Part shown: positions 52,146-64,000 of the stretch, one piece after another
Numbering within the stretch: the first letter of the stretch is position 1
Layout of the letters: each line of letters begins with the position of its first letter
Origin: Macrostomum lignano
Lineage: Eukaryota
Assembly: GCA_002269645.1 (NCBI GenBank)
Contig: NIVC01000768.1
Span: forward strand, 141,966-205,965
Direction of reading: 5' to 3'
DNA length: 64,000 bases
Position numbers and translations under genes: made by a program
The notes under the pieces: generated by a model
The model's input: the letters and a program-made list of their open reading frames with translations, nothing else
Database searches by the model: none
What the model was told of the DNA's origin: nothing

Positions 52146-52952
52146 TCAGCCCAGAAGGCCCTCCGGAGGCTCCTCTTCCTGCGACGGCTTCTCCCTTCGG
52201 AGCAGCCAGTCAGTCTGAGGCCCCACCGGGCTGCAGCAGAAGCAGCGGGCCATGCTCATGAGCCGCTGGCCGTACATGCTCAGCAGGGTGTTCTCCGGGA
52301 CGCTGCGGTTCCACAGCAGCACCAGCGGGCAGCCAGAGCTGCCAACCCGGCAGCGCCATTGACGCCTGGCTGAGAAGGCCGGGTCGAAGTCCTCCAGGAA
52401 GCGCAGGCAAGCGTCCGTGCTCCATTTGGCGTCGCTCTCTAATGAGAACAGCATGTACTTCACCATGCAGCCGGTGCGCGCCAGGCGGCGCAACATCAGT
52501 GCGTCGCGCAGCTTCACGCAGCACCTGGTCTTGTTAACTATGGCCTTGAGAGTTGGCAGATTGCCAAGCAGTTTGGCTAGCAAGTTTAGGTGGAATACTA
52601 CACAGAAAATCTGGCGCGACTGGTGCGCAACGAACTGGGGTGGCGACTGGTGTCCAGCATCGTCCTGCGTCAGCTCGGCCGGCTTCAGCACCAGCAGCAG
52701 CCGGTCGGACCATTTTGGCACGGCGCCAAAGTCTGTGCTGCTCGACGGCTGCCGCATGCTGATTCCGTCGTCTTCTGGCGGCAGCGGCAGGTGCAACGGA
52801 AACGCCTGCAGTGGCTGCGGAGGCGGCGGCGGCGGCTGCTGCTGCTGCTGCGTCTGGTTCCAGTTGGCCAGACAGGCCCGTTGCCGGAGCAGCCGGAGCT
52901 CGAACTGGAACTGTCGCCGACATTCAAGCGACAGGACACGGTGAAACTGCGT
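52146..52952 (-). CDS. terminal exon of an unidentified gene, possibly a degenerate NDK-like domain
   Basis: A GC3-rich frame is open from the acceptor cctgacag| at 52952 to the stop at 52146. RLLLVLKP...LMLRRLARTGCMV...SSGCPLVLLW loosely recalls NDK motifs. The plus-strand ORF 52590-53138 is its exact antisense register. Confidence 0.5.
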   Translation of the reverse strand, partial: TQFHRVLSLECRRQFQFELRLLRQRACLANWNQTQQQQQPPPPPPQPLQAFPLHLPLPPEDDGISMRQPSSSTDFGAVPKWSDRLLLVLKPAELTQDDAGHQSPPQFVAHQSRQIFCVVFHLNLLAKLLGNLPTLKAIVNKTRCCVKLRDALMLRRLARTGCMVKYMLFSLESDAKWSTDACLRFLEDFDPAFSARRQWRCRVGSSGCPLVLLWNRSVPENTLLSMYGQRLMSMARCFCCSPVGPQTDWLLRREKPSQEEEPPEGLLG

Positions 52953-54314
52953 CTGTCAGGTCTCGCTGACTGCAGCTCTGTGGCGTTGATTGGTTCGTTT
53001 TTTACTCGGCGATGCAGAACGGCGGCGCTGCAGCCGAGCTCGATGGCCTCCTTCGTTCGCGAATTTCTTCTGCCTTTACTGCTTGGCATTGCATTGGAAT
53101 TCTTAGTGCTGATCATGGATCCCGTAAATTTTCTATAGCGGTTCTAGTAATATACTCTTACACCCTGATTGTTTTGCACTGGGTGACAAATGTGCGTGCA
53201 ATGAATCCTCTATGGTAGCTTCGCTCTCCCAGGATTCAGAACTCAATGTCCATGTCTAACTCTATAGTTTTAGTCTTAAAGTATACTCGTAGGTCATTTT
53301 GCGCCTCAATAATACTCGAAGCTCTTCATGACTCAACCCTCGTGGTCGAGCAGACTCAGCGAAAATACTACTTATCGCAAGCCAACTCAAAATAGGCCAA
53401 ACCTGGGGATTGAAATGAAAAAAACAGGAATTGTCTATGGCCGATAGAAAGCTAACAAATAACTTCAGTCTACTCGGCGGGGGACCTTCGAAATCCATGC
53501 AGCATTGACAGTCGGTTTAAATACGGACTTAAACAGATATCCTGCCAGCCCATGTCCTCCATACCTCTGCCACTAGAAGCAGCGGCCCTGGTTGCAGCCA
53601 CTAGGAGGGCCTATCAGCGGTGGACTGCGCACCTGATGCACAGCAATGCCTTCTCCTTGTCGCGGTCCGAACTGGAAGACGAGTCGCTGGACCCAAATAG
53701 CAATAATACTAATAGTAATTATTATTATTGCCATTATTATTTGCAGCCAAGAGAGCGTAAGGCGTTGAAACGGCCATTGAGCGATTCCGATTTGGAGTTG
53801 GCGGCAGTTGGCGGCAAGCGAGCCGCTCGAGAATGACTGCTGCGAGTAAAGCTTCACTGCTTAGCGTCAGGCTGAGACAGAAACTCGACTGTGTTTTATT
53901 ATAGAAAAAACATAACCTGAGTCTACTTAATTGCACTACTGCCGCCTATTCAAGTAGTGCTTTTAGTGATTTAGTGTTTTTTTACTTGTCGATCATTTTC
54001 CGTGTTTTCTCTGTACTTGACCACAGCTCTAGACAGACAGAATTTGCGCTACAGCCTATTTGATCCGCTTCTGTAAAGGCACTGCGTACAAAGGTTGAAT
54101 TCATTTATTGTTTGTTATTTTTACTTTGAGACGACCTTATTCGTTTAACCCGCATCTACAAGTGTATTATTTCATTTCTGTGTGCCATGCACAGGTCTAA
54201 AATAAATGTATTTTCAAGCTGAAAAGCGTGAATTTTATCAACTCTGCGCTTCTCACACTCGTCTGCTGTGCTGGCTATATAATAGTTCATTTAGATATTC
54301 TCAGCTTGGGCGGC

Positions 54315-55140
54315 TCATTCCCTGCATCATGCACTGCATCATTCCCGAATCATTCCCTGCATCATGCACTGCATCATTCACGAATCATTCCCTGCATCAT
54401 GCACTGCATCATTCCCTGCATCATGCACTGCATCATTCCCGAATCATTCCCTGCATCATGCACTGCATCATTCCCGAATCATTCCCTGCATCATGCACTG
54501 CATCATTCACGAATCATTCCCTGCATCATGCACTGCATCATTCCCTGCATCATGCACTGCATTATTCCCGAATCATTCCCTGCATCATGCACTGCATCAT
54601 TCCCTGCATCATGCACTGCATCATTCCCGAATCATTCATGAATCATTCACTGCATCATTCCCGAATCATTCATGAACCATTCACTGCATCATTCCCGAAT
54701 CATTCCCTGCATCATGCACTGCATCATTCCCGAATCATTCCCTGCATCATTCATGAATCATTCACTGCATCATTCCCGAATCATTCCCTGCATCATGCAC
54801 TGCATCATTCCCGAATCATTCCCTGCATCATGCACTGCATCATGCACTGCATCATTCCCGAATCATTCCCTGCATCATGCACTGCATCATTTCCGAATCA
54901 TTCCCTGCATCATGCACTGCATCATTCCCGAATCATTCCCTGCATCATGCACTGCATCATTCACGAATCATTCCCTGCATCATTCCCGAATCATTCCCTG
55001 CATCATGCACTGCATCATTCCCGAATCATTCCCTGCATCATTCATGAATCATTCACTGCATCACTCCCGAATCATTCCCTGCATCATTTATGGATCATTC
55101 CCCGCATCATTCACTGAATCATTCCCTGAATCATTTCCTG
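54315..55140. repeat. compound array of TCATTCCCTGCA / TCATGCACTGCA / TCATTCCCGAA modules
   Basis: Direct reading; explains the ORFs at 54206-55214. Confidence 0.96.
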
Positions 55141-55229
55141 CAACAGTCTTGTCTCTTTCCCCATCATTCCCCCTCACCATTGCCTGCACAGTTCCTGCCT
55201 CCACAACCCTCTGAGGTCAGATTTAAAGC

Positions 55230-55600
55230 ATACGCAGGAATGCCAGAATGAGCAGCCTATTGGGGATCTCAGCGAGTACCAGTACGCTCGCATTCGTACA
55301 AAAATCAGCTTTCAGTTTTTCACACTGCAAACTCGTTGCCGACCTCGCAGACAGGCGCTGCCGCTGAATCGTATTGGCGCGGACCAGCGCCGGCCCCGGC
55401 TCCCGGATGGTCACCCGCTTGACAGCGGCGCCAGGCTTCTTCGCCGGCGGCGGAGCGTACAGGTGCGCCTGGAAGACCTCTTTGGGCGGTGGAGGTGGCA
55501 GCGGAGGCGAAGCCGGAGGCTGCGGTCTCGGTGGCGGCGGTAATGTAGTTTTCGGTAATGAGCCAAAAAAGATTCCAACAGCATGAAAATTTCCAGAACT
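55230..55600 (-). CDS. probable Pro-rich exon of an unidentified gene
   Basis: Open GC-rich frame ...LPPPPRPQPPASPPLPPPPPKEVFQAHLYAPPPAKKPGAAVKRVTIREP... with candidate donors ag|gtcggc and c|gtatgc. Boundaries are unresolved. Confidence 0.4.
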
Positions 55601-55777
55601 GCTTCCGATGTTGCTGTCAATCCAGTGTGAACGACACTGTACAGCTTGTTAGCCAAGTGAACTCCAGATGGGATTTGAGCGGTCACAGTTTCCTTGCAAT
55701 CCAGGCTCTAGATTGCTCTAGATTGAGCCGGATCTGACTCCTGAGCTTGCTGTGTTTCAGGGACTCTAGTTGCAAAG

Positions 55778-56900
55778 TTGTGGGGATATTCGACAAGGGA
55801 TACAGCAGGCAAGTTTGCCTTGCAGCAAAATGGGGGCGATACTTCGCTTATGTTTCCCAGCTCAACAGGTGATCCAGTACTGAATGCCAACTTTGAGCAC
55901 GTCACAAACCCTGTTCCGATCAAGGGTCGGCCGATTTCTGGTAACCTGAAAGCAGCTGAGGCCAATACTAGCAGATGCGCAACCATGTTTCGCTACCTTG
56001 TCGAATGCACCTTTGCCGCGATCAAGCAAGACAGGTGGGTTAACGAGAGGCACCTTAACCAGAGATATCAGTGGCTGCAGCCGTGCAGCTTCAGCGATCG
56101 CAGTCGCTTGGATGTGATCGTTGAGAATTCCGTGGGCAAGTACAACCGCAGTCCGAACCAGAACCAGAACCGGATTCCGATCGAAGAAGCATCTGCCGCC
56201 TTCATCGAAAAGTCAGTCAATGTTTGAGTTTGGCAGGAACTTCGCCAGAAGAATGTTTCTGTCAAATGAATTCGACGAAAATGAGAGGCTTTAATTTGAC
56301 TGCGATGTCACTCGCATTCCGTCTCCGAATTCGCGCAAATGGATCGCGGTTAATGCACTTGATCCGGCCAGCGCCAACTTTCCTCGCATCAGCGCCTTGA
56401 ATCTGGAAGAGGTTGGCCCGTACCAGTTTGAGAAGTCGGACAATTACATTTAAAACATCCGAGTTCAAGAAGTCCTAGGCGACTTCGTAGGGGAATATTG
56501 GAGAGAATTCGAGCAGCTGACGACAGACTTGCCAGCGAGGCTGAAGTGCTGGAAGTTCAGGCAGGAGCAACCTCCAAAAAACTGGACGATTAAGCTTGGC
56601 CAATGGCAACCTTCGTGGATATTTTTGGCTGTGGTGATCTCTCGCCATCAGTCCAAGAACTATCGCGTTCTTCTGCGCATCAGCGATGTGGCAAGGACAA
56701 TCGAGTTGGCTTCCGCGACTCAGGTTTGCAGCATCTCCATGGCTATTATTCCTCAGCCAAGGTCGGCAGCAGAACTGCAGCTTGCGACTGCCAGGCGATG
56801 GCTGTACTGAAGATCCTTGGCGTGTATGCTTACGAGCATACAGGAGCTACAGGTGTCGGCCAACGTACATGCACTTCGTGGATTCAGCATAGCTCAGCCT
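55778..56900 (+). mobile_element. decayed ISL2EU/Harbinger-like transposase, C-terminal part
   Basis: SRCATMFRYLVECTFAAIKQ (end of a DDE_Tnp_4-like domain), NFPRISALNLEEVGPYQFEKSDNY, VISRHQSKNYRVLL and a SWIM-like GQRTCTSWIQH, spread over shifted frames. Confidence 0.55.
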
Positions 56901-58245
56901 TTGCCAACGAAGCAGCCAAAGCAGGGAGGCAGTGAAACGCCTGAAACTGGTAGCGCACAGCACAGCAGGCAGCAGCAGGACAGCAGAGAGTGCCAGCTTC
57001 ATGGACTTGTCAATCGTGGCCTTGTTTGCTATGCAAACGTGACAGTATAGTTCTTCTTCTGCGCTCAATACTGTACTCAGCTTCTACAATGTGTGCCAGG
57101 GGATCCAATGAACGTCAATGAACTGCTGCAGAACATTCTGCCGCATCTGCAATTGGAGCCTGAGAGCATTACGGAGTTCTGGCTCGCCAGCACATGCCGC
57201 AACTGCCATACTTCAAGAAGAGAGCTTCTGCCCGGCGCCATCGATGCCAGGGTTATGTCAGTTGCACTGCAGAACTACGCCAAAGAGTCTGTAACTCTGA
57301 GTGGCGTGTTCGCCTCCAGCAACGTAAAAGTTGAAAATAGTTGAAGGCCGATTTTCGACGAAAAATGCATTAGCGAGATAGGAATTTTATACTTTTTAAC
57401 CAAAAAAGTTGAGTAACACCTTGACCATACTATATCGTTGCTAGACATCAAAATATTTGTTTCCATTGAACCTTGCCGACATTGTTTTGTATTGCTTTCG
57501 TTGGAATTTAATGTTGGGTACAATTTATATAGATTTTAACTATATAGCTAACAATGCATAGCTATAGCTAGTGTAGCTAGTCCTGTATGCCTTCCTATTT
57601 TGTGGCCTGTCAATCTATGCAAAAGTTTTCAGTTGACTTTGAACACTCTAATTTTTTGAACCATGTGTGAGCTGTTGATATAGGTCTAATATAATATCTC
57701 AGAAGTTTGCCTCACTTTGCTAGCTATAGCTATATGCTATTGCTAGGCTTAGGCCTATTCATGCTTCTGCTGCTTATGTTATGTGTAGCTATGATAAGTA
57801 TGCCTATATGAAATGCATTAATGAATAATTTAGCTACCAACAAAAAATTAAAAGATTAAAAGTTTGCCTCACTATGCTAGCTGTAGCTATATGCTAGGCT
57901 TATTCATGCTTCTGCTTATGCTTATGTATAGCTATGATAAGTATGCCTATATGAAATGCATTAATGAATAATTTAGTTACTAACAAAAAATACGCCTAAT
58001 GGCACTAGCCAATTTAGGCGTAGCCATAAAAATAGTTTATACTATTTGGTATAAGCAAAAATTTAGCTGTTTTTATTAAGGCAATATACAATTTTCAATA
58101 AGTTAAAGGGTTTAATTTGCTAGCTATAGTTTTATACTATACCTACTATGTACTGCATGGCCATTGGTCAGTAGCCTTTTTATCCATTTCTTACTGTTAA
58201 GTAAGTTGACAATGGTAAACCAAACTATTATTTTCAGCTTTAGCC

Positions 58246-58630
58246 ATGCCAATGAAATGTTGTATTCCAGACTGTAAGACAAACTATGCAACTGGTGAAA
58301 AAGCAACAGTTTACTCATTCCCAAAAGACCAAGATACTGCAAACCTATGGCTTAGAAGTATGCCAGTAAGTGTAAAGGTAAGTAGTGTTTTTAATTCTTT
58401 GGAAATTAGCTATTTTAATTGTCAGATGTTTGTCTCAATTTTTTCATATTGATGGTAATTAAAAATGACATTATTTGTTTGTAGACAGTATCTAAGTATA
58501 GCTATGGGAATTTGTATAAAGCATTGGCCAGCTGACACTCCAATGGTTAAAGTCTGTCGTTATTGGAGGCCACGCCATCCTCCAAGCATCTTTCCTACTG
58601 TTCCAACAGCTTTATTGCGCCTGACTGAGC
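58246..58630 (+). pseudogene. THAP zinc-finger N-terminus of a decayed DNA transposon
   Basis: MPMKCCIPDCKTNY...VYSFPKD...LWLRSMP|gtaagt, then ICIKHW...PPSIF, giving the C2CH THAP signature. Confidence 0.75.
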
Positions 58631-58943
58631 CAAGTGAGGCTATTGTGCAATTTTTATATTTACTTTGCTTGCTACTGAAACATGAATTTTTGGTACACAT
58701 GACTACAAGCATGGTGTCTTGTTGTCCTTTCAGAAAAGTCCAGAGACGTCAACAGACGTGGTGTTCTATTTAGTCAACGTGGGCAGTTGGAAGATGAAAT
58801 AGGATCATTTAATGCCATTGATAGAATAACGTCGTGGTCCAGCTTCACTGAGCAAGCTGGCAATATCAGCTTCTTCAAAAATGGAGGATGGCTTGTGCAG
58901 CGAAGTGACTCGGCTGTGCAGTTCTTGATAGTTAATGGTCGAA

Positions 58944-59163
58944 CTATGACCGTTTTTGCAGTTATTCGTCAGTTATATTTTACAGTAGACTTTACATATC
59001 AGTTTTGAATGACCGTTTTTGCAGTTATTCGTCAGTTATATTTTACAGTAGACTTTACATGTCAGTTTTGAATGACCGTTTTTGCAGTTATTCGTCAGTT
59101 ATATTTTACATTAGACTTTACATATCAGTTTTGAATGACCGTTTTTGCAGTTATTCGTCAGTT
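58944..59163. repeat. 63-nt unit x3.4
   Basis: TGACCGTTTTTGCAGTTATTCGTCAG... at 58947, 59010, 59073 and 59136. Confidence 0.95.
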
Positions 59164-61234
59164 TTTTGCTCGAAAAATTTGTTTTTATATGGTCCAGTGT
59201 TTTCCGAAGGTTGCCTACAAAGCATTTACAAAGTTGTCGTTTTTATTACTTATGAACGCATTTTTGTCCTTTATAGCTAAATATATTGGACGAAGTGATT
59301 CTATTCGTATTTGCGGCACAGTGCCTATTTACCGTTTAATAAAGGGCATCTTTTTTGCCAGTTTTTGGTGAGTTTGGAGTGCCTAATGCTTTCTGTTTTT
59401 TATTTGTCGGGCTTGATTTCAAGGTTTCGAGGTTTGTTGCGCATTGCGTCGTGGTGTGTGGTGTAGTCAGGAGTTCCTTCAGTGGTTGATTTCACTCTAG
59501 AGAGTTACAACATGTTCATGACGAGATCGGCTTCGTTTAGGTTTGGATAGTAAAATGGCTACTTGATATTTTCCGATCTTATAGAACATGAATCCTCTAT
59601 TGTTTTAAGCTTGTCTAGTTAAGTAGTTAAGTTACTGAACTGGGGTACGTGTAGTTTATTGTACACTATTCTGTCGAACACCTGCAGCTACAGATACGAG
59701 TAACAATTTGGTTGAAAGAGGAATAAATTCTGCACTTCCGAGTGAAAGGATCATCTTCATACGTGCAACTTCTCAAAATTTATAGGGAAAAGAAAAATCG
59801 GCCTTCAACTATTTTGCCACCATTTTAGAGTTTAGCGTCCTTCTAGTTAAGTAGTCCTTGGAGCATTGTCGGCTGATTTTCCATGCAAGAATGGCATTCT
59901 CGCACTCTTGCGTGCAGGAATGGATGCATGTCTATGGTAAAATCTCACTGAAAAAGCATTAGGCGCAGAAATGCATTCTTGCACGGTTTTGTGCATTCCT
60001 GCACGATGAATCATCCGACAATGGGATTCCTTCACGTTCACTCGTGCGTGAAGGACATCGTGCACTCGTGCAGATGTCATTCCCGCACTCGTGACCGTGC
60101 AGGAATATATCAGTCTCGATGCAGCACTCAGTCCTGCGACGGTCACTGTGATACTGCGGTGCTTGTGTTGCCTGGCCGCATGACTCTGCTGCACTTCGAT
60201 CGCACAGCATGGAACGGTCAAATATCACGCGACCCGCATTGAACACAATGAGGATTGCGACGATACTATAGCAGCATTGGATTTCCTGTTTTTACAGTCT
60301 CCCATCACAGCGCTAATCACATGTCAGCAGTGACACGCGAAGGTCACCATACCTGCTGCGCTAAGACTGAGAGCGGCTGGAGCAGACGCGCGCATTGCTG
60401 CCAGAACAATCCATCGGTGCGAGCGGGGGCTTCGCGAGACAAAATTGCACCCCAAATTTAAGGCAGACGAGCAGCCCATGGTTTTATTAATCCATGATGC
60501 AGCCCCTAGCAACGATCGAGCATTCATGAGCATAAGCAATAGCATAGTTAAGGAAAAGTCCCGACCGTCAACCACCGATTTCCATCTGCAAGTACATTAC
60601 TTTCAGGTCACAGATTGGCATTGCACAAGCAAAAGCCAGCCAATTATTTTATGCGTTTGGAAAAATTTAATCAGTTTATTTCCAGAATTTTCTGCACAGT
60701 GTATTTGTAGTTTTATCATTCTGACCGCTTGTCAATCATGTACAAATTCATACTGAAATATTTAGTTGTAGTCATTAGTAATGTCAATATCGCAGTTTGA
60801 AATTTTCCGGGATCCAAGAATGAAACAATTTGACAGCAATTGGATTTGCGAGATCAAAGCAATTAAATACACTGACTGGGTTGGCTTAGAAATTAAGATT
60901 AATTATGAGCGGATTAAATACATTGAATGAATGGTTTGAGAATGGCTTGAGAATACTAATTTGGTTTGATTGCAGTACAGATAATTGTAAATCGCAGGGT
61001 AATCACACGTTTATACAGGGGCAGCACACCACTTAGCTACTTCCTATTGATGCTTTCTTACTCTAATAGTTTGTCTCTGACTCTGACAATCCGCGCAGAG
61101 GAACAGAAAGAGCATTTTCTGGAGAACGAATCCACGGCTATTTGCCAAACGAAATGAGGAGTCTTTATTCAGCGAGTTTCCGAGCTCAGAGCCAACGAGG
61201 CATCTCCCATATCGCTGCTGACTGAACTGCGAGC

Positions 61235-63464
61235 TCACTGGATCAGCCACTGCTGTGCGGATACCGTGAGGACAGCCAGACAGCAGACGGTTCCCGCACT
61301 GAGCCACGCCAGATCCACATTTAGTTGAGCCGACGATTTCGCCTGCGTCGAGTTTCGTGGCGACGACTTGGTCATGGAGTCGACTGTTGACTTGGCCTTG
61401 TTCGGGTCATTCGCCACAGTCGGGTCGAGAGAGTTGTTTGGAGTTTTAGATTTGGGGAGTTCGCACCATAGCTTTTTGTCTTCGGCGAAATAGTCATTGT
61501 AAGAAGTGGGTGGAATGGAGAATCGATAGCTAGGCAGACTGGACACGTTTGCAGCGGAAATGGCAATCACTGATATCCACATTAGAGGCTCATTGAGAGC
61601 CATATACTGGTTGTAGATGTTCACTGAAGATTGGTTGGTGACAGCCAGTTCCGGACAGAAGCTATAGTCATAGCCGTTTGCAGTGGAGCAGTTGCCGCCG
61701 TATTCTCTGTAGCGAATGCTGTAGACAGGCACTTCTGATGGAGGCAATTTGGATGCTCATAAGCGTCAGAATCAGTGAAATTTGCATGACGGCTGTGCAA
61801 AAAATATTTGGGGCACTGTTTACACTACTCTGATAACTTGGTAGCGAAAGAATAACTGTTTCCGAACAATTCATATTTCAGCTTGTATTTCAACAATCAG
61901 CAGAGCTGCTGTGTGACGGTGTGGTTCGTTGAAGGCTTGTGTAACGATTTAATTAGCATCTTTAGTTTTTAGTTTCCATCTGACTTTTTGTTAGTTAAAA
62001 TTAGTTGTAGTTAATTAAATTGTAGGTCCTCCAACTACCAATTCAACGTGATTTATTTTTAAAAAGTGTACTTTACTTTTTATTAATTGTTAATTATTAT
62101 TTTTTTATAGTCATCCGAGTTTAAACGAGGACAATTGTCACCGCGCTCTCGTTTTTTCCCCGTTGTTATTGGCGTACGTCATCTCGTACTCGTACTCTTC
62201 GTATCGGCAATAACTAATAAATAAACTAATAAATAAATAACTAATAATATGTGCCATCCCGAACTCGCTTCGTCACAGCTGCAAGCGTTACACATACCTG
62301 CTTTAGGCGGGAGTAGACCAGACGGATCTTCAACTGGATACCACAGGATCTCCAATATTTTGCTCGATCTAATAAATTCTTTTGTATAGACCTCAACGAT
62401 TTGTTCAGGCATAATACGACGTCTGTCAAAGTTGGGGTCCTCTTCCTGAACAGTCAAACTGCCGGCACTCACTACCATTGAGGACGGGTACGTCAAATGC
62501 ACATCGACAAGATACAGGCCAGCTTTCTGTACTGCATACAGTGGTACCCTGGCGATGTAGTGTCCTTTTTCTATAAAAAATTAATTGGAGTAATATGCGT
62601 TCTAAATCGTTGTTTGAGAGCAAAACTTTTATGGCAGTTAATTAATGTTTAGTCTTTACTCACCGTGCTTTAGTTTTAATAGACAAAATCGAGCCACTTC
62701 CGTGTGGCCACCTAGTGTTACACGTGCGTACATTTGATACGCATTTAATACTTGGGATTTTGGTAATAGATTCACGTAGACATTGATTGAAGTATCGTAC
62801 TTGACCATTCTCAGATTTTTGGTGACACTTTAACGATAGTATCTGTTAAAAAGATTCCAAACGGGTCTCCAGTGACAACTATCTGAGCTTTGTGAGGCCG
62901 CCTGTCTGCGAATCCGACGTGCGAGACCGACCGCGAGATTCGCCAGCGTCCACTTTCCGCTCTGTTGGAGTGGCGGGTTTGAGGCGAGGCGATTAATATT
63001 GTTTGCAAGTCCCAACGTTGGCCCTAACTCTGCCACATTTCGACTTCTCTGCTCCCTATTCATTTATTATAATGAATAGGAAATGCCAGTTCAAGTGTAA
63101 TACACTGCTGCAGTAGCTGTTAACATTTCCCTTTCTTCTGTTTCCAACTTTTGCCGGCGTAAAGTATCCCTCCAGCAAGCTAGAGCAGTGGCTCATAGTG
63201 CAAGTAAATTGGCTCAACTGACCTCAACCTCTGCGTCAGGAATTTGCACCGTCACGGATCCGACTGCAGCATCGACTGTGCAAACGGCGCTGCTGCCGCC
63301 AGAGCAATCGAAAGTCCTACCGCTCGGCGACCGAAGCACGAGGCGCAGAGAGCCAACCTTGGCGGATCGCTTGGCAGAAACAGCGAGAAGACGAGGTTGC
63401 TGCGAGCGCTGACGTCGAATTCCACCGGATACCGCAGGTCAGAAGGAACTTGCCTCGAATCCAG
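61235..63464 (-). CDS. 3' part of a CLCA-like (calcium-activated chloride channel regulator-like) surface protein; clear exons 63464-63223, 62570-62298, 61734-61235
   Basis: LVLRSPSG...VTVQIPDA, GHYIARV...GLYLVDV and LEILWYP...YSIRY parallel the CLCA beta-sandwich/FnIII segments. Hydrophobic C-terminal tail. The last junction is in phase (G|AA). One frameshift near 63362, and the intervening exon(s) are unresolved. Confidence 0.5.
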
Positions 63465-63669
63465 CTGTGGGAACAAAGAACAGTTCGTATGGAGTCAAAC
63501 TATGATGGAAGCCAATGCAACCAGCGCTTGTTGCACAGAATAACAATCTGAGAGACACTAGCAATATGTAAGTGGGAGTTCTAAATGATTTATTACATAT
63601 TCTAAAGTAATTTCTTACTAATTTGCTATGGTAATTCCATCTAGGTAGTAATGTTACAGAATGCAGATA

Positions 63670-63832
63670 AATCCTGCGGTTTAAATCCCACTGTGCAGAA
63701 TCTCATTGTGCAGATTCCCATTGTGCAGAATCCAATTGTGCAGATTCCCATTGTGCAGAATCCAATTGTGCAGAATACATTGTGCAGATTCCCATTGTGC
63801 AGATTCCCATTGTGCAGATTCCCATTGTGCAG
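63670..63832. repeat. 15-nt array (GTGCAGATTCCCATT)
   Basis: Direct reading; followed by CATCTCTCACC repeats to ~63920. Confidence 0.95.
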
Positions 63833-64000
63833 AGTCTCGCCTTCATCTCGTCCGCATCTCTCACCCATCTCTAACCCATCTCTCACCCATCTCTCACCCA
63901 TCTCTCATCCATCTCTCCCTCATGTCTCTCCTATCTGCATTTTTTATTCCTCCTTCAAACTCAATGGAGGCTGATACTGACTGACTGAGAAATCGGTTAC

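Noticed and set aside
52590-53138. plus-strand 182-aa ORF as a gene
   Set aside because: Exact antisense register of a minus-strand frame that has stronger GC3 bias and extends further.
53552-53836. plus-strand 94-aa ORF
   Set aside because: Both strands give plausible short frames and no family is recognisable; the strand cannot be decided.
54206-55214. His/Cys-rich metal-binding protein ORFs
   Set aside because: Product of the compound TCATTCCCTGCA array, open in all three frames.

Overview
Eukaryotic (animal) genomic DNA. The gene style suggests a trans-splicing flatworm such as Macrostomum (CAG/GCC-rich, CpG-rich exons; introns filled with minisatellites; AG acceptors just before start codons), but this is inference and no database search was run. 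Seven conserved intron-containing genes form two divergent same-strand blocks. Minus strand: delta-tubulin (20957-17637), NVL/Rix7 AAA-ATPase (15122-10078), TOM7 (8498-8307), MED20 (5816-4036), then unidentified exons towards the left edge. Plus strand: GMDS (32342-36213), AIF (39031-43243), CDK12/13 (44434-50579). Between them lies an ~11 kb gene-free, AT-rich region of decayed transposons (mariner, hAT, a non-LTR reverse transcriptase, MITE-like pieces). The right end holds unidentified minus-strand exons, ISL2EU/Harbinger-like and THAP remnants, and the 3' part of a CLCA-like gene. About 30 tandem arrays fill introns and spacers and explain most long ORFs in the supplied track. Main leads: (1) old transposon remnants show near-total CpG loss with apparent CG->TA and CA->TA changes, a RIP-like signature, next to CpG-rich genes; (2) MED20 has no genomic ATG and appears to need the spliced-leader AUG; (3) possible divergent polycistronic units; (4) distant minisatellites share exact 11-17 nt cores. 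Splice junctions were read by eye.
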